A DNA stretch of 61,576 bases, filler included. It is 3 parts of 3 records of this genome, joined end to end, with 100 filler letters (N's around TTAATTAATTAA, not from the genome) between each part and the next. Parts side by side here need not be neighbours in the genome. Positions count along the whole stretch, not along the records: positions 1 to 23,670 come from SRR20825006_2518; positions 23,771 to 31,807 come from SRR20825006_2520; 1 more part is not named here. One strand, 5' to 3'. Shown here piece after piece: positions 20,320 through 28,451 of the stretch. The translations under genes were made by a program, and so were the position numbers. The notes under the pieces are model-generated. The model made no database searches and was not told where the DNA came from. It was given only the letters and a program-made list of their open reading frames with translations. Position 1 is the first letter of the stretch. Each line of letters starts with the position of its first letter.

Positions 20320-21252
20320 TTACAACTCAGGGAGTTTTGTTGCCTGAAATTCTGAAATGATCTCGTGTACGACGGCTGCCGCAGGTTTGATCTCGTGAAT
20401 GAGTCCGGCGATTTGACCGATTTCGAGTTCGCCTTCTTCAAGATCACCCTCGAACATTCCTTTTTTAGCTCTTCCTCGGCCTAGCAAAGCACTGAGTTGC
20501 TCTTTAGTAGGCGTAGTTTCATAAAGCCGCTTCACATCAGTATAGAACTTATTTTTAAGTAATCTTACAGGAGCAAGCTCTTTTAAAGTAAGTTCGGTAG
20601 CGCCTTCTTTGGCCTCCACCACCAGATCTTTAAATGCTTGATGACTGCTGGCTTCGGGCGTAGCTACAAACCTGCTGCCGATCTGCACACCATCTGCTCC
20701 CAAAATCATCGCAGCGAGCATCCCTTTTCCGGTAGCAATACCGCCGGCAGCAATTAAAGGAATATCAAGTTGCTCTTTCACCATGGGAATCAACGTAAAC
20801 GTCGTTGTCTCCTCCCGACCATTATGGCCTCCTGCTTCAAAGCCTTCAGCAACCACGGCATCCACACCTGCTTCTTGCGCTTTCAAAGCAAACTTTACAC
20901 TGCTCACCACGTGCACGACTTTTATACCGTGTTCCTTAAGATGTGAAGTCCAGATTTTAGGGTTTCCGGCACTGGTGAAGACGATTTGTACTCCTTCCTC
21001 GATAATGATTTGCATTAATTTATCAATATCAGGATACAGCAGTGGCACGTTGACCCCAAAAGGTTTTGGGGTAGCCACTTTGCATTTTTGAATATGCTCG
21101 CGTAACACTTCAGGATACATAGAACCTGCACCAAGAAGTCCCAGCCCTCCGGCATTACTCACAGCGCTGGCGAGTTCCCAGCCACTATTCCAGACCATTC
21201 CGGCTTGAATTAATGGATATTCAATATCAAAAAGTGCTGTTATTCTATTCAA
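20320..21252 (-). CDS. Nitronate monooxygenase / FabK-like flavin oxidoreductase
   Basis: PLIQAGM, AEGFEAGGH, IAAGGI, GVQIGSRF. Confidence 0.88.
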   Translation of the reverse strand: MNRITALFDIEYPLIQAGMVWNSGWELASAVSNAGGLGLLGAGSMYPEVLREHIQKCKVATPKPFGVNVPLLYPDIDKLMQIIIEEGVQIVFTSAGNPKIWTSHLKEHGIKVVHVVSSVKFALKAQEAGVDAVVAEGFEAGGHNGREETTTFTLIPMVKEQLDIPLIAAGGIATGKGMLAAMILGADGVQIGSRFVATPEASSHQAFKDLVVEAKEGATELTLKELAPVRLLKNKFYTDVKRLYETTPTKEQLSALLGRGRAKKGMFEGDLEEGELEIGQIAGLIHEIKPAAAVVHEIISEFQATKLPEL

Positions 21253-21261
21253 AATAAAGGT

Positions 21262-22461
21262 TTATGAGATTACACCGCTGCCTAGACATTCTGCGCCGTC
21301 ATACCAAGCAACAAATTGTCCTTCGCTAATCGCAGCTTGTGGATTATCAAATGAAACAAACAGACCATTTTCCACTTTGTGTAACCACGCATTTTCTAGC
21401 GGCTGGCGGTAACGTATTCGTGCTTTTGTTGCCCTAACTTCGCCCTCAACTAATTTGAGGTCTTCTCTAATATAATGCACTTCACTTTCCTGTACAAAAA
21501 GTGCCTTGCGCAATAATCCCGGATGCTCTTTACCTTGCCCGGTGTAAATGATATTTTCCTCAACATCAGTATCAATAACAAAAAGTGGCTCAGGAGTCCC
21601 GCCTACTGCGAGTCCCTTGCGCTGTCCTTTTGTAAAGTAATGTGCGCCTTGATGTTTCCCAACGATTTTTCCATCGGTTAAGCTGTACTTTGGCTTTTTA
21701 GCTAAAACCGTAACATCTTCTACAGCTATATCTGCAGCGCTACTTTCGTGTAAATCTTCAATTTTTTCCTGGGCGCGAGCTGCTGAAATTTCAACGATCA
21801 CCCCTTCTTTAGGCTTCAATTGCTGCTGAAGGAAATCTGGCAAACGCACTTTTCCTATAAAACATAAGCCTTGAGAGTCTTTCTTCTCTGCAGTGACCAA
21901 ATCCTGTTCCTTCGCTATCTTACGCACTTCGCTTTTTTGCAAATGCCCAATAGGAAATAAGGTTTTAGCAAGCTGTTCTTGAGATAACTGACATAAGAAA
22001 TACGACTGATCTTTATTAGCATCGGCGCCGGCAAGCAATTGATAAACCGATTTGCCATCAACTTCAGTCTCGCCTCGCTGACAATAATGCCCTGTAGCAA
22101 CAAAGTCAGCGCCCAATTCTAGGGCGATCTTCATAAAGACATCAAACTTGATCTCCCGATTGCAAAGCACATCAGGATTAGGGGTGCGGCCCATCTCATA
22201 TTCCCGAAACATATAGTCTACAATACGCTCTTTATATTGCTCACTTAAATCCACCGTTTGAAAAGGAATACCTAGTTTTTCGGCGACTAACATTGCATCG
22301 TTGCTGTCATCAAGCCACGGACATTCATCTGAAATAGTCACCGAATCATCATGCCAATTCTTCATAAAAAGACCAATAACATTATATCCGGCTTCCTTTA
22401 GCAAATAGGCAGAAACACTACTATCTACTCCACCACTAAGACCTACAACTACGGTTTTCAT
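21262..22461 (-). CDS. mnmA: tRNA 2-thiouridine(34) synthase
   Basis: [43 protein letters not shown]. Confidence 0.97.
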   Translation of the reverse strand: MKTVVVGLSGGVDSSVSAYLLKEAGYNVIGLFMKNWHDDSVTISDECPWLDDSNDAMLVAEKLGIPFQTVDLSEQYKERIVDYMFREYEMGRTPNPDVLCNREIKFDVFMKIALELGADFVATGHYCQRGETEVDGKSVYQLLAGADANKDQSYFLCQLSQEQLAKTLFPIGHLQKSEVRKIAKEQDLVTAEKKDSQGLCFIGKVRLPDFLQQQLKPKEGVIVEISAARAQEKIEDLHESSAADIAVEDVTVLAKKPKYSLTDGKIVGKHQGAHYFTKGQRKGLAVGGTPEPLFVIDTDVEENIIYTGQGKEHPGLLRKALFVQESEVHYIREDLKLVEGEVRATKARIRYRQPLENAWLHKVENGLFVSFDNPQAAISEGQFVAWYDGAECLGSGVIS

Positions 22462-22498
22462 ACTGATTAATTTGAATGCTAAGTCGAATTCTATGGTG

Positions 22499-22506
22499 CA
22501 AAATTA
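22499..22506 (-). promoter_or_regulatory. Bacteroidota -7 promoter element (TAATTTTG) upstream of mnmA
   Basis: TAnnTTTG about 40 bp upstream of the mnmA start. Confidence 0.55.
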
Positions 22507-22648
22507 CGAAAGTTTAAAAGAGTTTTCCTGCTTGACCACATCGAAGCCCGTTTAAAAAAATAAGTTTTTGTTTAATCTTTTTAACTATCCATTAAACATT
22601 CTGAGTATAAACAACTTCTATTTTTACCAAAATCAAAAATCAAATCCT

Positions 22649-23614
22649 ATGAAAAAGTTAACAACAAAAATCCAATTAATCCTGTTTACCGCACTACTAG
22701 CGGGGTTTACATCGTGTAGCGATGACGATGATGCCGGGATGATTACTGAAGAATCTGAAACTATTGCAGATTTTGTCGCAAGTGAAGAAGAATATTCTTC
22801 TTTAGCAGAAGCATTAGACCGCACCGGTCTTACTGCTACGCTTGATGCAGAAGGAACTTATACGGTATTCGCTCCGAATAACGCTGCATTTGAGACGTAT
22901 TTGGGCGGAACTGCCGTTGCAGATGTTCCGGTAGAAGATTTGACGCAAATCTTATTGAATCACGTTTTAGCAGTAGAAGCACGTGCGAGCAGTTTGGCGA
23001 CCGGGTATGTAAATAACTTGGCTACCTACGCAGATACAGATGCAAATCTAAGCATGTACATTAATGTAGATAGCGATGTAGTTACCATTAATGGAGGTTC
23101 TGAACTTGAAGGTGGTGCTAATGTAACTGCCACAGATTTTGAATTCTCTAATGGAATTGTTCATACTGTAGACGCCGTGATCGCATTGCCTACCGTTGCA
23201 ACTTTTGCAGTGGCTGATCCTACTTTTACACAATTAGAAACAGCACTAACAGCAGATGCTTCTTTCTCGTTTGTAAATACACTGACTTCTGCAGGAACCT
23301 TTACCGTTTTCGCTCCAACTAATGATGCTTTTGCAGATCTATTAGCAGAGCTTGAAATTTCAGGCTTTGGTGATCTAGATACAAGCGTACTTGCCGCAGC
23401 GCTTTCATTACACGTCGTGAACGGAGCTAATGTAAGAGCTGAAGATCTTACCACAGGAACAGTAACTACTTTAGGTGGTGCTATTGAAGTAGATGCTTCT
23501 AATGCTACGCTTACAGATGCTAACGGAAGAGTGAGCACTATCGTAGTAACTGATGTACAAGCTTCTAACGGAGTGGTCCACGCTATTGATACCGTTTTGC
23601 TTCCGGGCTTATAA
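22649..23614 (+). CDS. Fasciclin (two FAS1 domains) lipoprotein
   Basis: Lipobox FTSC-SDDDD; twice TVFAPxNxAF and NGxVHxxDxV. Confidence 0.92.
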   Translation: MKKLTTKIQLILFTALLAGFTSCSDDDDAGMITEESETIADFVASEEEYSSLAEALDRTGLTATLDAEGTYTVFAPNNAAFETYLGGTAVADVPVEDLTQILLNHVLAVEARASSLATGYVNNLATYADTDANLSMYINVDSDVVTINGGSELEGGANVTATDFEFSNGIVHTVDAVIALPTVATFAVADPTFTQLETALTADASFSFVNTLTSAGTFTVFAPTNDAFADLLAELEISGFGDLDTSVLAAALSLHVVNGANVRAEDLTTGTVTTLGGAIEVDASNATLTDANGRVSTIVVTDVQASNGVVHAIDTVLLPGL

Positions 23615-23642
23615 TGCATTAAAAAAGAAAAATTGCAACAAA

Positions 23643-23670
23643 AAACCCTTCAAGAATTCTTGAAGGGTTT
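23643..23670 (+). terminator. Intrinsic terminator hairpin at contig end
   Basis: aaacccttcaaga-at-tcttgaagggttt. Confidence 0.7.
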
Positions 23671-23770
23671 NNNNNNNNNNNNNNNNNNNNNNNNNNNNNN
23701 NNNNNNNNNNNNNNTTAATTAATTAANNNNNNNNNNNNNNNNNNNNNNNNNNNNNNNNNNNNNNNNNNNN
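23671..23770. other. Artificial contig-joining linker
   Basis: N44-TTAATTAATTAA-N44 (stops in all six frames); base composition changes abruptly across it. Confidence 0.97.
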
Positions 23771-25079
23771 CTTCTGGATGCTGCACATCATGGATTATGA
23801 AAACCGCAAGGATTTCAACAATATGTTTGTTATCCTGTCGGGGTGGACCGTGCTGTGGCTTGCCTTGACCGGTGTTGTCATGTTGGTGGAAAACTTCCGC
23901 CGTGGCGATTTCAATCTGGTTGCAGCAGTTCGGCAGCGGGGTGATACCAGAAAACTTCTGGTGTCTGACGGTGGTAGTCATTTTGAGCGCGAGGTTATCA
24001 GTCAAGGACGCAAGACCATGTTTGATGCGTTGGCGGCGGAAGATATTCATCTACCGTCCACCTGCGGCGGCGGTGGGACATGCGGCCTGTGCCGGGTGCG
24101 CATGACTCCGGTTCCAGTCGCTACAGCCGCAGACTTGCGGCAGATACCTGCCAGTGAAATTGAAACGGGCTATCGTCTTGCCTGCCAGCACCAATCTGAC
24201 GTCGCGCAGGAGATCATTGTGGCAAGCGATCTGCTGTCGGCACAGGATTTTGAGGCGGAGGTTGTGTCAAGCCGGTTCGTGACTCCGTTTATCTGCGAAC
24301 TACGTCTGCGTCCACCATCCGGTGAGTTGCTAACCTTCCGGCCGGGCAGCTACATGCAGGTGACGATTCCGCCTTATAGCACGACATTGTCTGCTCTAGC
24401 CAATCTGCCTCAACCTCTGAAAAATGCCTGGGCCGAAAGCCATGCTCTTCATCAGGTAGGCACAGAGGAAACGTTGCACCGTACCTATTCAATGGCCAAT
24501 GCGCCTGAGGAACTCGGGGCGGACTTTATGCTGAATGTCAGGGCTGCTTTACCGCAGAATGGCAGTGTAGGCGTTCCTGTCGGGGCCGGCTCGGCATATA
24601 TGTGCGGACTGAAGGCTGGAGACATGGTGAAACTGCGTGGGCCTTTCGGCGATTTTGCCCTCAAGGACACCACGTGCGAGAAGATCTTTATCGGCGGTGG
24701 GGCCGGGATGGCACCGCTCAGATCCATGATCATGCATGCGCTGCGTAATCAGAGGGAGAACACCTCGATGACTTTCTGGTATGGTGCTAGGACGAGCGCG
24801 GATATTTATTATCAGGAAACATTTGAGTCACTGGAAAAGGTACATCCAAACTTCAACTGGTATGTTGCCCTGTCAGAAGCGACAAGCACTGACAGGCAAG
24901 GATATACCGGCATGATCCACGAAGTGGTGCGTCGCGAATATCTGGAGGGTCATAAAACCCTTGATGAGTGTGACTTCTATCTGTGCGGTCCGCCCAAAAT
25001 GCTGGAAGCCACGTTGGCCATGCTCAAGGAAATGGGCGTGGATGACACCCGGATAGATTTTGACGATTTCGGCATCTGA
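23771..25079 (+). CDS. 5'-truncated fusion: PepSY-associated TM region + 2Fe-2S ferredoxin + FAD/NAD-binding reductase (NqrF-like)
   Basis: Frame open from the contig edge (FWMLHIMDY...DFNN + TM helix), then CGGGGTCGLC, RLACQ, RTYSMAN, IGGGAGMAP, WYGAR, YLCGPP, FDDFG. Confidence 0.85.
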
Positions 25080-25109
25080 CACGCCAGTTCATGATCGTTT
25101 GCATGAGTG

Positions 25110-25137
25110 AAAAGCAGGGTTCAGGCTCTGCTTTTTT
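25110..25137 (+). terminator. Intrinsic terminator
   Basis: aaaagcagggt-tcag-gctctgctttttt about 30 bp after the reductase stop. Confidence 0.7.
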
Positions 25138-25776
25138 CGCAAAAGAGGCGATGGATATTTATTACTTGGGGCAGACACCGCCGGGTCACCCGGGTGAAAG
25201 GTCCTAAACGGCCGCGCCCGGGGTTCAAGCACAACAAAGTCTTGCTGCGCGCTGATCAGACCGTTTTTCCTGTTGGTATAGAACGTGCGCACCATGTCCG
25301 GGTATTGGTGATCACAAAAGACAAATGACCGCATACCGGCATGCCAGCGCTGGCGGGCAAAAATGATAGCTCTTCCAGAAAGTACTGTATACCATGCATC
25401 AGTGCGGCGTGACCCAGTTCTTTGAGAATGGCGTTCTGGCTTTCAATAATCCAGTGTGGGCAGGTCGAGCATTGTTCGCGGAAGACATCGCCCAAAGCCT
25501 CAATTGCAGCAACTGGTGAGTCTCTATTGGGTTGCGCAAGGACCAGCAAGGAAATATGTATAATTATAGTTGTATTGAAGCAACTGTTTGATCCCGGCGG
25601 TTGATTATAATAAATTTCCGGTAAGTGGAGACTAGTCGAAGGCGCTATGCCCTTGAGGGTGAAGCGAACTTCATTGGTTTAATTTCTACATTATCGAAAG
25701 TCAGAATGGATGGGACCTTTTGTAATGTCTTCATGTTTGCTGATATCTGGCACTTCTCAGTTGCAGGGCAGAGGTA

Positions 25777-26493
25777 ATGTTGGGGCTAGTGAATGTTGAG
25801 GATTTTATAGCTAGAATCCGGCAGGTTGACGGTACGGATGATGTGAGCCGGATATTCACCGAAGAAACCAAAGCTCTTGGTTTTGAACATCACACATGCA
25901 TTTCCGTCGTCGACCTGAACAACCCGCCTCTCGATGCCATCCAGGTGTTCCGATTTCCCCAAGCCTGGGTGGAATATTACATCCGCGAGGAATATTATAA
26001 ATACGATGTCGTGATCAAAACCGTGCTGAAAAACACGGGCCCTTATCTATGGAAGGCGCTTGACGTATCGGACAAACGTAATCGGCAAATTTTTGCTGAA
26101 GCAAAGGAGGCCGGTATTCGAGACGGCCTGACAATCCCGATCGCTCTGCCTGGGCATTATCCCTGCAGCATCAACATGGCTGGTGATCATACGGATATTG
26201 ATCCGCTCAACTACCATATTGTCCATTTGATGGCGGAATATTATCTCCTGAGAATTGTGGAACTATCGAAGTCCAATCGCAGGCTATTCGATCCGCCTGA
26301 TCTGACGCCGCGGGAGCTTGAATGCCTGGTCTGGATGGCAAAGGGAAAAAGTGACAGCGAGATTGGCGATATCCTGTCGATTTCCCATCGGACAGTGAAC
26401 GGCTACATCGAAAACATCCGCAAGAAAATGGATGTCGGCACGCGCACCCAGGCGGTGGCACTTGCGATCGTTTGTGGCCTCATCGCGCCCTGA
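25777..26493 (+). CDS. luxR: LuxR family AHL-responsive regulator
   Basis: Autoinducer-binding residues FPQAW, YYKYD, PYLW, DGLTIP; HTH LTPRELECLVWMAKGKSDSEIG; adjacent to luxI. Confidence 0.93.
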   Translation: MLGLVNVEDFIARIRQVDGTDDVSRIFTEETKALGFEHHTCISVVDLNNPPLDAIQVFRFPQAWVEYYIREEYYKYDVVIKTVLKNTGPYLWKALDVSDKRNRQIFAEAKEAGIRDGLTIPIALPGHYPCSINMAGDHTDIDPLNYHIVHLMAEYYLLRIVELSKSNRRLFDPPDLTPRELECLVWMAKGKSDSEIGDILSISHRTVNGYIENIRKKMDVGTRTQAVALAIVCGLIAP

Positions 26494-26724
26494 CGCTGGC
26501 GATACGGGGCTATCGTTGCCCGCTCCCTAATCATGATGGCTCACTTTTGCGCCGCCCGTGGCCTTTCAACCGGATGGAAATTTGCCCGCCTTGCGTCTGC
26601 GAGGGTGGCCCGTCGAGTCTCCGTTTATTTTGACGCGACAACACACCTTTTAGATTGTTGTTATACAGCTAGAAAGAGAAAAAAGTTTCACTATCCTATT
26701 GTAAATGAACGCGCTTTCCGTGAC

Positions 26725-26740
26725 CCCGTATTTTTACGGG
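26725..26740 (+). promoter_or_regulatory. Putative lux-box-like operator
   Basis: Perfect inverted repeat CCCGTA-TTTT-TACGGG ending 60 bp upstream of the luxI ATG. Confidence 0.5.
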
Positions 26741-26800
26741 TTTCTTGCCCTTCCATAATTTCGGCACGTTGGCTCCAAGCCATTATTTAGGGGCAAGACG

Positions 26801-27427
26801 ATGATCGAAATTATCACGTTATCCAACCGGCAGGCTTATGCGCCACAACTGGATCAGATGTTCCGTCAACGCCACGCGGTGTTTGTCGAGCAGTTGAATT
26901 GGGTTTTGCCGGAAGTTTTCGACGGGCGGGAGGTCGATGCTTTCGACACCGAGGAAACGGTCTATCTGCTTTCGCTGGACGACGCTGGCAATGTCCAGGG
27001 GTCCAGCCGCCTGAATCCCACACTGAGGCCCCATCTTATGACGGAAAGTTTCTCTCATCTGGTGGATGGCGATATCCCGAGGGGACCTCATATCTGGGAA
27101 AGCTCCCGGACCTGTATTCCGGAAGAGAACCGCAGCAAGGGCATCCTTGGAAAATTGTTTCTGGCCATGGCGGAAACGAGCCTGCTGTTTGGTGTTCAGC
27201 AAGTGACTTTTGTTTCAACGCCAGCATTTTGCCAGATCATTCAAAGGGCGGGATGGGGGTATGTGCCGCTTGGCGTGCCCAAAGCCAATGCCAGTGGTGA
27301 AGAAAGTATTGCCTACAGCTTGATTATCAATCCGGTGGCCCTCAAAAACATGCGTCACAAGCATCAGGTTTCCCGACCGGTAATCAGCGTCATCCCGACA
27401 CGCCTGACTGCCTCCGTTGCGGCATAG
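26801..27427 (+). CDS. luxI: Acyl-homoserine-lactone synthase
   Basis: FRQRHAVFVEQLNW, GREVDAFD, SRLNPT, IWESSR conserved LuxI residues. Confidence 0.92.
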   Translation: MIEIITLSNRQAYAPQLDQMFRQRHAVFVEQLNWVLPEVFDGREVDAFDTEETVYLLSLDDAGNVQGSSRLNPTLRPHLMTESFSHLVDGDIPRGPHIWESSRTCIPEENRSKGILGKLFLAMAETSLLFGVQQVTFVSTPAFCQIIQRAGWGYVPLGVPKANASGEESIAYSLIINPVALKNMRHKHQVSRPVISVIPTRLTASVAA

Positions 27428-27446
27428 GCGATCAGGGAGGGTGGTC

Positions 27447-27653
27447 ATGAGGCAATGTCAACAAAGCACCAATCCCCCGATGCCAATCATCGGCTGGGAC
27501 AGGCACGATGTCACAATCCTTGAAGGCACAACCTGGCTATCCTGGCCTTGTGCGCGCAAGGATCTGATCGGTTCGGAATGCCCGCCGACCCGGGAAAGCG
27601 GGGCGGGCCAAACCAACGACATGGACAGATTGTTGGATCCGCCCCTTTTGTAG
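27447..27653 (+). CDS. Small ORF (68 aa) of unknown function, candidate peptide/precursor
   Basis: GGGAGG RBS at 27435-27440; fills the luxI-gntR gap; ends inside a GC hairpin. Confidence 0.35.
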   Translation: MRQCQQSTNPPMPIIGWDRHDVTILEGTTWLSWPCARKDLIGSECPPTRESGAGQTNDMDRLLDPPLL

Positions 27654-27659
27654 GGGCGG
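27639..27659 (+). repeat. GC-rich inverted repeat (RNA hairpin) before gntR
   Basis: CCGCCCCT-TTTGT-AGGGGCGG, no U tail. Confidence 0.6.
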
Positions 27660-27675
27660 CGAAGCGAGGAACAAA

Positions 27676-28380
27676 ATGCAAGCACCGTCACATCGGATCA
27701 TGACTGAGAGCGAAAGCGAAAACCCGGTATACGCCGGCATCAAGGCCATGGTCATGGCGCATGAGCTTATGCCGGGCCAGCGCATCCGCCTCGAACCGCT
27801 TGCGGACCGGCTTTTGGTCAGCAACACGCCGGTGCGGGAAGCCTTGATCCATCTGGCCGCTGAGCGCCTGATCAAAGAGGTGCCCAATGCCGGTTTCTTT
27901 ACCAAGGAAATATCCGAATCCGAGGTTAGAGATCTGTATATATTGAACCAGTTGATCCTGGACTGGTCGTTGAGTGTGGTCAGGGATGACGGCCGGGTGC
28001 CGGGCATGCTCAAGCCACCGGAAATATTCGAGGCCGCCAGCGGCGTCAAAACGGACGCACCCGTTCCGACGGTCCAGATGATGGATGAACTTTTCAGGCA
28101 TATCTCAAGGCAGTCCGGAAACGACGACATTGTTCATGTTGTCGGCAACATCGGCGAGCGCACCTATTACACCCGCCTGAAGGAATGCGAACTCTTCCCT
28201 GAAGTGCCTGAAAGTCTGGCGCGACTGTGCCGGACATATTATAGGCGAGACACAAAAGGTCTGCGTCAGGGGTTGCAGGACTTCCACGATATGCGCCTTC
28301 AAATGCTGCCGGACGTCATCCGTCGGATCAGGCAGATAAAACAGGACGCCCCTTGTCCGGCAGTGCCGAAGCGGACCTAG
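27676..28380 (+). CDS. GntR family transcriptional regulator
   Basis: wHTH LMPGQRIRLEPLADRLLVSNTPVREALIHLAAERLI...PNAGF; GAGGA RBS. Confidence 0.9.
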   Translation: MQAPSHRIMTESESENPVYAGIKAMVMAHELMPGQRIRLEPLADRLLVSNTPVREALIHLAAERLIKEVPNAGFFTKEISESEVRDLYILNQLILDWSLSVVRDDGRVPGMLKPPEIFEAASGVKTDAPVPTVQMMDELFRHISRQSGNDDIVHVVGNIGERTYYTRLKECELFPEVPESLARLCRTYYRRDTKGLRQGLQDFHDMRLQMLPDVIRRIRQIKQDAPCPAVPKRT

Positions 28381-28451
28381 GAAATGACCATGCTCTGTGC
28401 ATCCTGGGGTAGGGTCTGTCGCAATTTTCTCTGCCACTGGAGACCTGAGGT

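Noticed and set aside
23715-24050. Minus-strand ORF containing X residues
   Set aside because: Runs into the N linker and is antisense to the PepSY/NqrF-like gene; artefact.
23778-25079. Calling this gene nqrF of a Na+-NQR operon
   Set aside because: The N-terminus is a PepSY-TM-type segment open to the contig edge, not the NqrF anchor, and no other nqr genes are visible.
26533-26790. 85-aa ORF between luxR and luxI as an RsaL/RsaM-type regulator or precursor
   Set aside because: No RBS, no HTH or leader motif, and it runs across the AT-rich luxI promoter and palindrome.
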